Source: Azolla caroliniana
Lineage: Eukaryota > Plantae > Polypodiophyta
DNA length: 64,000 nt
Assembly (NCBI GenBank): GCA_043228905.1
Contig: JBHGNT010000001.1
Location: 26,102,001 to 26,166,000 of the forward strand
Direction: 5' to 3'
The position numbers and the translations under genes were made by a program. The notes under the pieces were generated by a model, which saw only the letters and a program-made list of their open reading frames with translations, made no database searches and was not told the origin of the DNA. Below are positions 1 to 9,124 of this stretch, in pieces. Position 1 is the stretch's first letter. Each line of letters opens with the position of its first letter.

Positions 1-13
1 GGAGAAATACGGG

Positions 14-1468
14 TTGGATGACGCGCTTCGACTTTCGAAGCGGGGCTTCATGGAGTGGGTGGAGTCCCCCATCAAAGAAAGAAATGCGTCGGTACTCCTC
101 CGGGAGTTTGAGGAACGCTTTGCGCGCCTTTCGGTGCTCGATCAGACCGTTCTGGACACAAGTCGTGTCCTACTGTTTGTCAAATCGGTTGACGCACGGG
201 ATCGGGAGCAAGTGGGCTCCTTACTGGAAACCGAAGACGGGGTGATGGCCGACTGGGCTGTGGTAAAAAGAGTTTGCGGCCGTTTTGACAAACGGTGGGA
301 GTGGACTGATACAGGGGCGACCGGGGCGGGTCCTGTCGCAGCAAGGAATTTCGAACCGATACCGCAGGCGTGATGGGAAGAGGCCCGGGAGTGGCTCGAA
401 ACCGGTTCGGCTTCGATCGGCGTGGTCAGAGGCTCGTCTGGGGGGACAACTTTGGAGGAGTTGACACGGGCGGTAAAGGATCTCTAGATCGCCCAGGCTC
501 GGAGGGAAGGTGGCGAACAGGCTCGTGACCGACGGCCTCCGGCAGGAAATAGGTGCATGTGGTGCGACGAGGTCAGCCACATCCGGAAAGACTGCGGGTA
601 CTTTGCGGAGGCTTTGAGAAGTCGGGTAGTGTACCTATGGGAAGGTCGGGCGCACGACAGCGATACCCATAGGGCCCTGAACCGAAACGACGGGCGAGGA
701 GGAATGAAAAGGCTGATGGAAGAGGCGGCGGCCCGGCACACGGAGACCGTCCACTACTCGGCGTCAGCCGACATTCGGGTCGGAGGCAGCGAGGCCCGGA
801 AGGAGAGCAAAGCCGGGTTTTGGCCGACGGTGCTGGAAGGCCTCGCCGGTGCCCGACTAAAGAAAGACGAGGCCGACCGCGCGGAGAAGCGGGTCTAGGG
901 GGGTAACCGGGTGGAGTGACCCGATCGAAGAAAAGACGGGTTTCGTTGAAGCGGCTTGCCAGAACTACGAGGCTCTGGTTGAAGAAAAACGGGTAGGTAA
1001 AACCGGAGGGGCCGGACCCTCACAAAGATATGAAACCCGATTCGGGCCAAAACGGAACGAGGCCGGTGAGACCAGTGCCCGGGATAACCACAAGAAGGGC
1101 GGATACCACGAACCTACGAAAGGTCCTGGAAGAACGAATCCTCGAGAAGAAGGTGGAACTATCGTTGCGGGAGGTGCTCGGAATCGCCAAGAAGGAGTTC
1201 CACGACTCCATCGTAGACTTGGTGAAGAGGGAAGAGGCTGTCGACGGAGACAGAACCGGAAAGGCCGGTGGACGTGCAGACGACTCACATAGAGGACATG
1301 GCGCTGGAAGACGAGTGGGCGGAGAGCCACTACTCGAGGCCACACTGGGCCCGAGCGACCACGGAAACCCCGGTGAAGATCGGAGATGTTCAGGAACCGG
1401 TGGTGGCGTTCGTGGACCACGGTTCGGAAATAAACCTGATGTCCATGGACTTCTACAAGAAGGGGAAA
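14..1468 (+). pseudogene. gag: A1 gag-protease, with stops and frameshifts
   Basis: ORF pieces 14-373, 557-898 and 1268-1468 match A2/A3/A4 Gag-PR; in-frame TGA/TAG stops. Confidence 0.9.
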
Positions 1469-3281
1469 CGAACATACGGAGTCGGTCCGGAAGATGAAGG
1501 AGGCTCTTGCTGCAGCTCCGGCACTCTGGACGACTGTCTACGAGAAAGGCACTCCCGTCTACATAACGGTAGATACGAGTCCGACCGGGATCGGATGGGT
1601 CGTCAACCAAGAAGATGAGGACGGCATTCGGTTCCCAATCCAGTTCGGCGCGAAGGTCCTCAGCGAGCGACAGCGAGGATACGCCTAGGTTAAACGCGAA
1701 CTCTGGGGTATCATTTCGGCGGTGAAGGCCGATAAAGACTATCTGATCGGGACAGAGGTGATTATCGAGACGGACTGCCTGCCGATTCCCGGCATGGTTT
1801 CCGGATGCGCTACCCCAGACCTGGCAATGCTCAGGTGGATAGCTTACATGAAGTCCTTGGATCCGAAAATACGACACATTTCTGGGAAAGACAATGCCAT
1901 GGCCGACATGCTTTCGAGGGCGCGATTCGACGACGAGTGCGGCATGGTTTCGAAGGACGAGGAAGTTGGTGTGGACTTCTTCGAGACGGCTTAAGTAACA
2001 ACCGAGGGGGGGGAGCACTCCGGCGCTTAACGATTTCAACGAGAGCAAGTACGACGGGGAGTGGATGCAGATTGGGGGATTCTTAAGGAGGAAGACGCCG
2101 GACGCGTCATGGACAAAGGACGAGGCCAACCGGATCCGGAAGAAAGCGTACCGATTCTTTCTCTAGGACGGATACCTGTGGAAGCACCCGAAGAAGAGAA
2201 ACGGCATCCCACAACGAGTAGTGGCGATGAAGGAGGAACAGGAGGAGTTGCTGAAGGCCTACCACGACAGCCCCTGGGTTGGACACCGTGGGACGTGGGC
2301 CACGTTCGAGAAACTAAAGGGGAAGTACTGGTGGTCGGGACTGTACCGGGACGTGCATCGGTTCGTGACAACTTGTGAGAGTTGTCAGGTACACTCCATA
2401 GTCCGACATCGGGACGAGCTTCACCCTACATACCCTCCGGTCATCCACTTCAAATGGATGGTAGATTTGGTGACGATGCCGATGGGCGTAGGGCAGATGC
2501 GATATCTGGTGCTGGCCCGGGAGGACCTGACGAACCAGGTGGAAGGCCGAGCCCTGCAGAACAAAACGACCGCGGCCGTGTGTCGGTTCCTAATCGACGA
2601 CGTGATATGCCGGTATGGGTGCGTCGGGAAGATCGTGGCTGACCGCGGGGAGTTGGACGCCGAACAGGCCGAGGAGTTGTTCGACCGGTTAGGGGTCAAA
2701 CTCTCACTCACCACAGCGTACAATCCGGAGGCGAACGGGAAGGTGGAGCACGGACATGGACCGATCGTCAAAGCGCTAGTCCGGGCGTGCGAAGGCCAGG
2801 TCGGGAACTGGCCACGACTGTTACCTTATGCCTTGTGGGAGAACCGGACAACGCACAGTTCGGTAACCGGGTTCATGCCGTCAGAGCTCATGTTCGGACA
2901 GAAGCCGATCATGCCGATGGAACGGATGATCTCCTCTTGGGCGACAGTCGACTGGAGAGACGAGATGAACCGGAAAGAACTACTAGCGGTGCGTATACAG
3001 CAGCTCGAGCGGAGGCCAGAGGACGTGGAACGAGCGGCGGAGAGATTTCAGACGGCGAGGATGAGGAACAAGGCCCGGTTCGACCGAACGCACCGGCTCC
3101 AACCGAAGAAAATCGAGGAAGGAGACTAGGTGCTAGTGTACGACAGCAGCCTCGACAATCAGCACCGGGCAACACGGAAGTTTGCAAAGCGGTGGTTCGG
3201 GCCTTACATGGTAACGAGCGCCAACGACAACGGGACATATCACCTGGCGGAACTCAACGGTACGAGGGTGGCGATACCGGT
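1469..3281 (+). pseudogene. pol: A1 RNase H-integrase, disrupted
   Basis: ORFs 1494-1688, 1722-1994, 2221-3129 (YHDSPWVGH..CESC; MVDLV; IVADRGE; NGKVE) and 3130 onward (RWFGPY). Confidence 0.92.
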
Positions 3282-3351
3282 ACTCCTCATCCGGTTTGTT
3301 CATCGTCACTGATCTTCTCCCTTCCCATCCGGAGGGACCTGTCTCCCAACA
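3279..3351 (-). repeat. 73-bp terminal fragment of a copia family C LTR
   Basis: Reverse complement reads TGTTGGGAGACAGGTCCCTCCG..., matching the LTR starts at 22329 and 62858. Confidence 0.9.
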
Positions 3352-4902
3352 CCACGTAAGGCCCGAACCACCGCTTCGCAAACTTCCGTGTTGCTCGGTG
3401 TTGGTTGTCGAGGCTGTTGTCGTAGACTACCACCCAGTGCCTTCCTCGATTTTCTTAGGTCGTAGCCGGTGCGTTCGGTTGAACCGGGCTTTGTTCTTCA
3501 TCCTCGCCGTCCGAAGTCTCTCCGCCGCTCGTTCCACGTCCTCTGGCCTCCGCTCGAGCTGTCGTATACGCGCCGCTAGCAGTTCTTCCTAGCTCATCTC
3601 GTCTCTCCAGTCCACTGTCGCCCAAGAGGAGATCGTCCGTTCAATTGGCATGATCGGCTTCTGTCCGAACATGAGCTCTGACGGCATGAACCCTGTTACC
3701 GAACTGTGTGTTGTCCTGTCCGCCCACAAGGCATAAGGTAACAGCTGTGGCCAGTTCCCGACCTGGCCTCCGCATGCCCGGACTAGCGCTTTGACGATCG
3801 GTCCGTGTCCGCGCTCCACCTTCCCGTTCGCCTCCGGATTGTACGCTGTGGTGAGCGAGAGCTTGACCCCTAACCGGTCGAACAGATCCTCGGCCTCTTC
3901 GGCGTCCAACTCCCCGCGGTCAGAACGATCTTCCCGACGCACCCGTACCGGCATATCACGTCCTCGATCAGGGACCGACACACGGCCACGGTCGTTTTGT
4001 TCTGCAGGGCTCGGCCTTCCACCCGGTTCGTCAGGTCCTCCCGGGCCAACACCAGATATCGCATCTGCCCTACGCCCATCGGCATCGTCACCAAATCTAC
4101 CATCCATTTGAAGTGGATGGCCGGAGGGTAAGTAGGGTGAAGCTCGTCCCGATGTCGGATTATGGAGTGCATCTGACAGCTCTCACAAGTTGTCACGAAC
4201 CGATGCACGTCCCAGCCACCAGTACTTCCCCTTTAGTTTCTCGAACGTGGCCCACGTCCCACGGTGTCCAACCCAGGGGCTGTCGTGGTAGGCCTTCAGC
4301 AACTCCTCCTGTTCCTCCTTCATCGCCACTACTCGGAGCGGGATGCCGTTTCTCTTCTTCGGGTGCTTCCACAGGTATCCGTCCCAGGAGAAAGAATCGG
4401 TACGCTTTCTTCCGGATCTGGTTGGCCTCGTCCTTTGTCCATGACGCGTCCGGCGTCTTCGTCCTTAAGAATCCCCCAATCTGCAGCCACTCCCCGTCGT
4501 ACTTGCTCTCGTTGAAATCGTTAAGCGCCGGAGTGCTCCACCCCTCGGTTGTTACATAAGCCGTCTCGAAGAAGTCCACACCGACTTCCTCGTCCTCCGA
4601 AACCATGCCGCCCTCGTCGTCGAATCGCGCCCTCGAAAGCATGTCGGCCATGGCATTGTCTTTCCCGGAAATGTGTGGTATTTCCGGATCCAGGGATTTG
4701 ATGTACGCTATCCACCTGAGCATTGCCAGGTCCGGGGTAGCACATCCGGAAACCATGCCGAGAATCGGCAGGCACTCCGTCTCGATAATCACCTCTGTCC
4801 CGATCAGATAGTCTTTATCGGCCTTCATCGCCGAAACGGTAACCCAGAGTTCGTGTTTAACCTGGGCGTATCCTCGTTGTTGCTCGCTGAGGACCTTCGC
4901 AC
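3352..4902 (-). pseudogene. pol: A2 pol, C-terminal part (RNase H end and integrase)
   Basis: ORFs 4193-4828, 3870-4208 and 3589-4107 are frameshifted integrase segments. Confidence 0.9.
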
Positions 4903-5443
4903 TGTCGCGTTGTTACGCGCGTGCGTGTAGAAGGGGCGGGACCGCGGGGGTCTTGGACTAGGGAGTGGAGGAGAAAGAATAGGACACGATATGGAGGCTT
5001 AGCTCAAGAGGAGAAGAGGAAAAGAATAAGACCACGACATCGAAGGAGAGATCGGCGGAGGCAAGATGTTCAACAAGTTATGTTAAAACAACGAACGGTT
5101 ACAACAGTGGTGGCCGCCATGGCCGCACCAAAATGACCATCCGAAAACCCTAAAGGGAAACCCAAGAAGAAAATCCTAACCGAAACCCTAACCCTAAAAC
5201 GAAATGGGAAGAGGGAGAACCCTAGACTAAGTGGTATACCTTACTCGCACAAAATAGGCAACCCCCTCATAAGTGACCCCTCCCTTCCTTTTATAGCCCA
5301 AGGAGGGAGGGACCTTACAATGTGGGACAAAAATGTCCCCTCTCTTTCTATGCACCATCCTAGTATACATGTGCACATGTTGCACACCACTGACTTGCCC
5401 CTTCCACCCCAGTTTCCGCCTATGGACAAAAATCTTCACGACA
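4903..5443 (-). repeat. B1 3' LTR
   Basis: TGTCG..CGACA termini; direct repeat of 8584-9124; TATAAAAG on the minus strand at ~5290; GGTGGGGGTGGA tract at 5444-5455. Confidence 0.95.
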
Positions 5444-5535
5444 TCCACCCCCACCAAACCGCACACCCACCGGTATGTGCCAAGAAAGGAAAGGGTGAGA
5501 GATTTCGTCCACGGTGATCAACCGGGTCTTTCGCC

Positions 5536-8439
5536 TTACCGGCACCCAACTGCCTTGCCGGTCCCTTGCTGGCGCCGATCCGTCTTGCCGGCCCCGACCC
5601 GTCGACTCCATCCGATCCGCCATGTCCACCGCGTTTCCCCGGACCGTCGGCTCCATCCGATCCGCCATATCCAACGTTCACGCCTTCTTCTTCGACCGAT
5701 CCTCCCGAACGCCATTGCCGATCTGGTCACTCTTACTTTGTCCGCCATGTAGGTCCTCCGATTAGGCCCTCGGTCACCCTGTTTGCTCGACGGATTCCGC
5801 CCCTCGCGTACCGCTTGTGTTCTATCTCCGGCTCGATCCTCTCGTCGTCTCGAACACCTCGTGCCAATTCCCTCCGTTCCGCGCTCACCTTCTGTAGGCT
5901 CTTCCCGTGCGCCCTTGTTGTCTCCCGAACATGCGCTCGTTCTTCGGTCCCTCGGTGACCTCATTACACGCTCCTTGCTTCTCCCTCGCTCGCCGTGCTC
6001 TCTCGCCGTAAAGCATACCGTCATCCTGACCACCATGTCAGTGTCCTTCGCGACTCCCGTTACCGCTTCATCCCGACTCTCGTCCTCTTGGCCCGCTTGG
6101 CCTCGCATGCCTTCCGGGAAGCCGCGCTTCCCCTTCCCGGCGCGCAGCCCGTTGCTCTTCACGCACCTCCTCCGGTTCTCAAGACATAGCCTTCCATGCT
6201 CGCCGATCATCCTCATGCTTGTCGTTCGGCCCTTACGCGGCCACATCGCACGTCTCGCACTCCGCTCCGCTCTGCGTCCCCTTTCGAAAAGGTACGTTGC
6301 TTCCCCGACATCCGTGTCGGTGCTCTCGTCTTCGGTGTCCTCCGCAACCTCCGATGTTGCCGCTTCGCCCCGAGGTACACCCTCTTGGTCCGCCTGGCCT
6401 TGTATGCCCTCCGGGAAGCCGCCACGTTTTCTCTTCCCGGTGTGTACCCCGTTGTTCTCCGCGCATACCCTCCGTTTTCCCAGACACAATCCTTCGTTCA
6501 CGCCGATCACGCCCGTCTCGCTTTGTTGATCTTGGCGTCTCGTCGCACCGCCCGTCGTCCCGCACTTGCCTCTTGAAGGCTTTCCCCGACCGTCATCGTC
6601 GGTCACTCGTTGCGGCTCTTCCGGGTGCATGCTTACTTCTTGGCCCTTCGCTGGCCGTAGTGCATGCTCCGTTTTACGCGCCTCATCCGTCGTAGACCCG
6701 ACCTCCGCGTCGGTCTCTTCGTCCTGTCTTGCCGTAGCCCCTTTTGATTGCGGCTTGCCGTCTTGGCCGTGCTCGTCCGTCTTCACGCACCGGGTACCCG
6801 TTCTAGTGGCCTCATCAGTTCCGGTCTCCGACTCCTCACCGCCACCCTTTGTGTCTCCGGTCTTATGTTGAACCGCAACCGCCGAAGTCTCAAGGATAGA
6901 TGTGGAGGGCTCCTCTCGCTCTCGGTCTTCTGCCAAGCCGTAATCACCGTGCCCGGTTAGCTTCCTTCTCGCGCTTACCGGCTCCCACCGAGTGTTGTGG
7001 CCCGTCCGCCTCGACCTCCAACCGTGCCAACTTAGCCTTCGCCCGGATCGGTCTCGGCCGATCGAGTTCCAGTTAGGTCGGCTCCCTTCCGTAATCGTAA
7101 CCGGCCGGTAGATGTTTGTCCGAACAAATCCGACCTTGCCAGCTCTTCTTCGGTTCGGGCCCGGTTGACCAGACCCCGCTCCAATGTTCTTCCGCGACGT
7201 CTTTCGGTCATGTCGGATTATCGACCGGTCCATCTTCCGGTCGGGTCGGTTCCCGACTCTCTCCTCTTTGCCGCTCCCGACCTCTCCGTCGGTCCTCTCG
7301 TATATGCCCGTTCCGGGCCTCGCGTCCTCATCTTCGTACGTGTTCGCTCCGGGCCACACCTCCTCATGGTCACCGCCCTTCTCTCCGGTCTTATGTTGGC
7401 ATTTGAGCGCAACCGCCGTAGTCTCCGGTCTCGGTGTCGAGAGGTCTTGCCTCCGTCCGCTATGACCTTCCTCGTCGTCGTTTCGATCGTCCGCTTTGCC
7501 GCCGCCACCTTTCGTCTCTCCGGTCTCACGTGGGCTCTCGGGGCCGATTGCCGAAGTCTCTAGAATAGGTGTGGGAAAAGTCCCGATACCGTTACTCGCC
7601 GATGCCATGTTCGTAGCCACCTTCGTTCGAACGTCGTGGTCCATGGCTATCTCTTCCTCGTTCTCTTCGTCGCCGTGGTAGGCCGCCTTGCCGCCACCAC
7701 CGCCCGTCGCTCTAGGTCTCACGCCAGCACTCGGGCCGGCCGCCGGAGTCTCTAGGACCGGTGTGTGTAAGGTCGCGGCACCGCCGCTTGTCCGCTCCTC
7801 ACTCAATGTTTCGGGCCGCCATGTCCCGAATCCGTAGTTACCGGCCTCCATGGCCATCCCTTCACCGCAAGGCAAGAGGGTCGCTTGCTCCGCACCCTCT
7901 CCTATCTCGCCGTCATATGCTCTCCCGGCCTCCGTATAGGCCCCGTCTTCTATGTCTAGGGAGGCTTCTTCCTCCGCATCCTCCGATCGTCTCTGGCCTG
8001 TCTCCATAACAAGCCCTTCTTCGGCTCCGATTTTCGCCTTCACAAGCTCGCATGCCTCTCGTATTAGCGCTTCTAGGTCGAGCTCCTCCGAACCGTTTTG
8101 CGTTGAGCTCTCTTCCGGCAATAGTGCGTACTCACTCGCCGCTCTCTTTTCTCTGCCGCTCGCGGGCCACGTTGTTGCCGACCGCTCCCCATCGGGTTGC
8201 CGGCATACCCACTCCGGTTTCGCGTATCCGCACGCTTCCAATAGGGCTACCTCCAAGGACACCCACGACTCGTGAGCTTCTCGTAGCTCCTTGACCTCCT
8301 TGTGCTCCGATGCGGCCGCCACTCGAGGAAAATACTCTAGCCGCATCTCGTCCACGCCCCCTTTCGCCATCTCGGCCTCGTACGCTTCCAAGAACCTCGG
8401 GACATCGTCCCCGTTGAATCGGCCGACTCGATCGACCAC
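5536..8439 (-). CDS. 967-aa ORF: Gag-like N-terminus plus long E/G/R/T-rich low-complexity repetitive tail
   Basis: VGRFNGDDVPRFLEAYEAEM..FPRVA resembles family A Gag IGRFGGKDATSYLEAYRTEI..FPRVA. The original start is probably ATG 8546, one frameshift upstream (compare B2). No knuckle, PR, RT or IN motifs. Confidence 0.6.
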   Translation of the reverse strand: MVDRVGRFNGDDVPRFLEAYEAEMAKGGVDEMRLEYFPRVAAASEHKEVKELREAHESWVSLEVALLEACGYAKPEWVCRQPDGERSATTWPASGREKRAASEYALLPEESSTQNGSEELDLEALIREACELVKAKIGAEEGLVMETGQRRSEDAEEEASLDIEDGAYTEAGRAYDGEIGEGAEQATLLPCGEGMAMEAGNYGFGTWRPETLSEERTSGGAATLHTPVLETPAAGPSAGVRPRATGGGGGKAAYHGDEENEEEIAMDHDVRTKVATNMASASNGIGTFPTPILETSAIGPESPRETGETKGGGGKADDRNDDEEGHSGRRQDLSTPRPETTAVALKCQHKTGEKGGDHEEVWPGANTYEDEDARPGTGIYERTDGEVGSGKEERVGNRPDRKMDRSIIRHDRKTSRKNIGAGSGQPGPNRRRAGKVGFVRTNIYRPVTITEGSRPNWNSIGRDRSGRRLSWHGWRSRRTGHNTRWEPVSARRKLTGHGDYGLAEDREREEPSTSILETSAVAVQHKTGDTKGGGEESETGTDEATRTGTRCVKTDEHGQDGKPQSKGATARQDEETDAEVGSTTDEARKTEHALRPAKGQEVSMHPEEPQRVTDDDGRGKPSRGKCGTTGGATRRQDQQSETGVIGVNEGLCLGKRRVCAENNGVHTGKRKRGGFPEGIQGQADQEGVPRGEAATSEVAEDTEDESTDTDVGEATYLFERGRRAERSARRAMWPRKGRTTSMRMIGEHGRLCLENRRRCVKSNGLRAGKGKRGFPEGMRGQAGQEDESRDEAVTGVAKDTDMVVRMTVCFTAREHGERGRSKERVMRSPRDRRTSACSGDNKGAREEPTEGERGTEGIGTRCSRRREDRAGDRTQAVREGRNPSSKQGDRGPNRRTYMADKVRVTRSAMAFGRIGRRRRRERWIWRIGWSRRSGETRWTWRIGWSRRVGAGKTDRRQQGTGKAVGCR

Positions 8440-8561
8440 CCTTCGACGGCTTGTTGAGCCGCATCTCGCTTCGCCATCTTTCGTCCAGCTTCCATCACGA
8501 TTTTTGCTATCATCTCCTCGAAGTCCAAGTCTTCTTCCACCTCCATGCTCCCTTGCCGCCC

Positions 8562-8579
8562 TTCACGTCGGGTTCACCA
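8562..8579 (-). promoter_or_regulatory. B1 primer-binding site, tRNA-Trp
   Basis: Plus strand TTCACGTCGGGTTCACCA equals the recalled 3' 18 nt of plant cytosolic tRNA-Trp; 4 nt from the LTR. Confidence 0.85.
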
Positions 8580-8583
8580 AAGA

Positions 8584-9124
8584 TGTCGCGTTGTTACGTG
8601 CGTGCGTGTAGAAGGGGCGGGACCGCGGGGGTCTTGGACTAGGGAGTGGAGGAGAAAGAATAGGACACGATATGGAGGCTTAGCTCAAGAGGAGAAGAGG
8701 AAAAGAATAAGACCACGACATCGAAGGAGAGATCAGCGGAGGCAAGATGTTCAACAAGTTATGTTAAAACAACGAACGGTTACAACAGTGGTGGCCGCCA
8801 TGGCCGCACCAAAATGACCATCCGAAAACCCTAAAGGGAAACCCAAGAAGAAAACCCTAACCGAAACCCTAACCCTAAAACGAAATGGGAAGAGGGAGAA
8901 CCCTAGACTAAGTGGTATACCTTACTCGCACAAAATAGGCAACCCCCTCATAAGTGACCCCTCCCTTCCTTTTATAGCCCAAGGAGGGAGGGACCTTACA
9001 ATGTGGGACAAAAATGTCCCCTCTCTTTCTATACACCATCCTAGTATACATGTGCACATGTTGCACACCACCGACTTGCCCCTTCCACCCCGGTTTCCGC
9101 CTATGGACGAAAATCTTCACGACA
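8584..9124 (-). repeat. B1 5' LTR
   Basis: Direct repeat of 4903-5443, adjacent to the PBS. Confidence 0.95.

Larger units (their letters stand above)
1..3281 (+). mobile_element. Family A Ty3/gypsy copy A1; starts before the window, RT deleted, 3' end truncated
   Basis: Gag CCHC knuckle CMWCDEVSHIRKDC (~554-595); protease VDHGSEIN (~1412); direct jump at ~1468 to the RNase H region (ITVDTSPTGIG); integrase with HHCC, DDE and GPY motifs. Colinear with the reverse complement of A2. Confidence 0.95.
4903..9124 (-). mobile_element. Non-autonomous LTR element B1 (no pol), complete
   Basis: Two 541-bp LTRs with about 7 substitutions by eye; PBS; PPT; TSD GCAC/GCGC; the A2 reading frame resumes on both sides. 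Confidence 0.95.

Noticed and set aside
1020-2129. 369-aa antisense ORF, and similar ones such as 15404-16243 and 37193-37825
   Set aside because: Shadow frames of GC-rich pol; this one crosses a deletion junction; no recognisable motifs
8562-8579. tRNA-Trp gene
   Set aside because: Only the 3' 18 nt including CCA are present, next to an LTR, so this is a PBS; no cloverleaf
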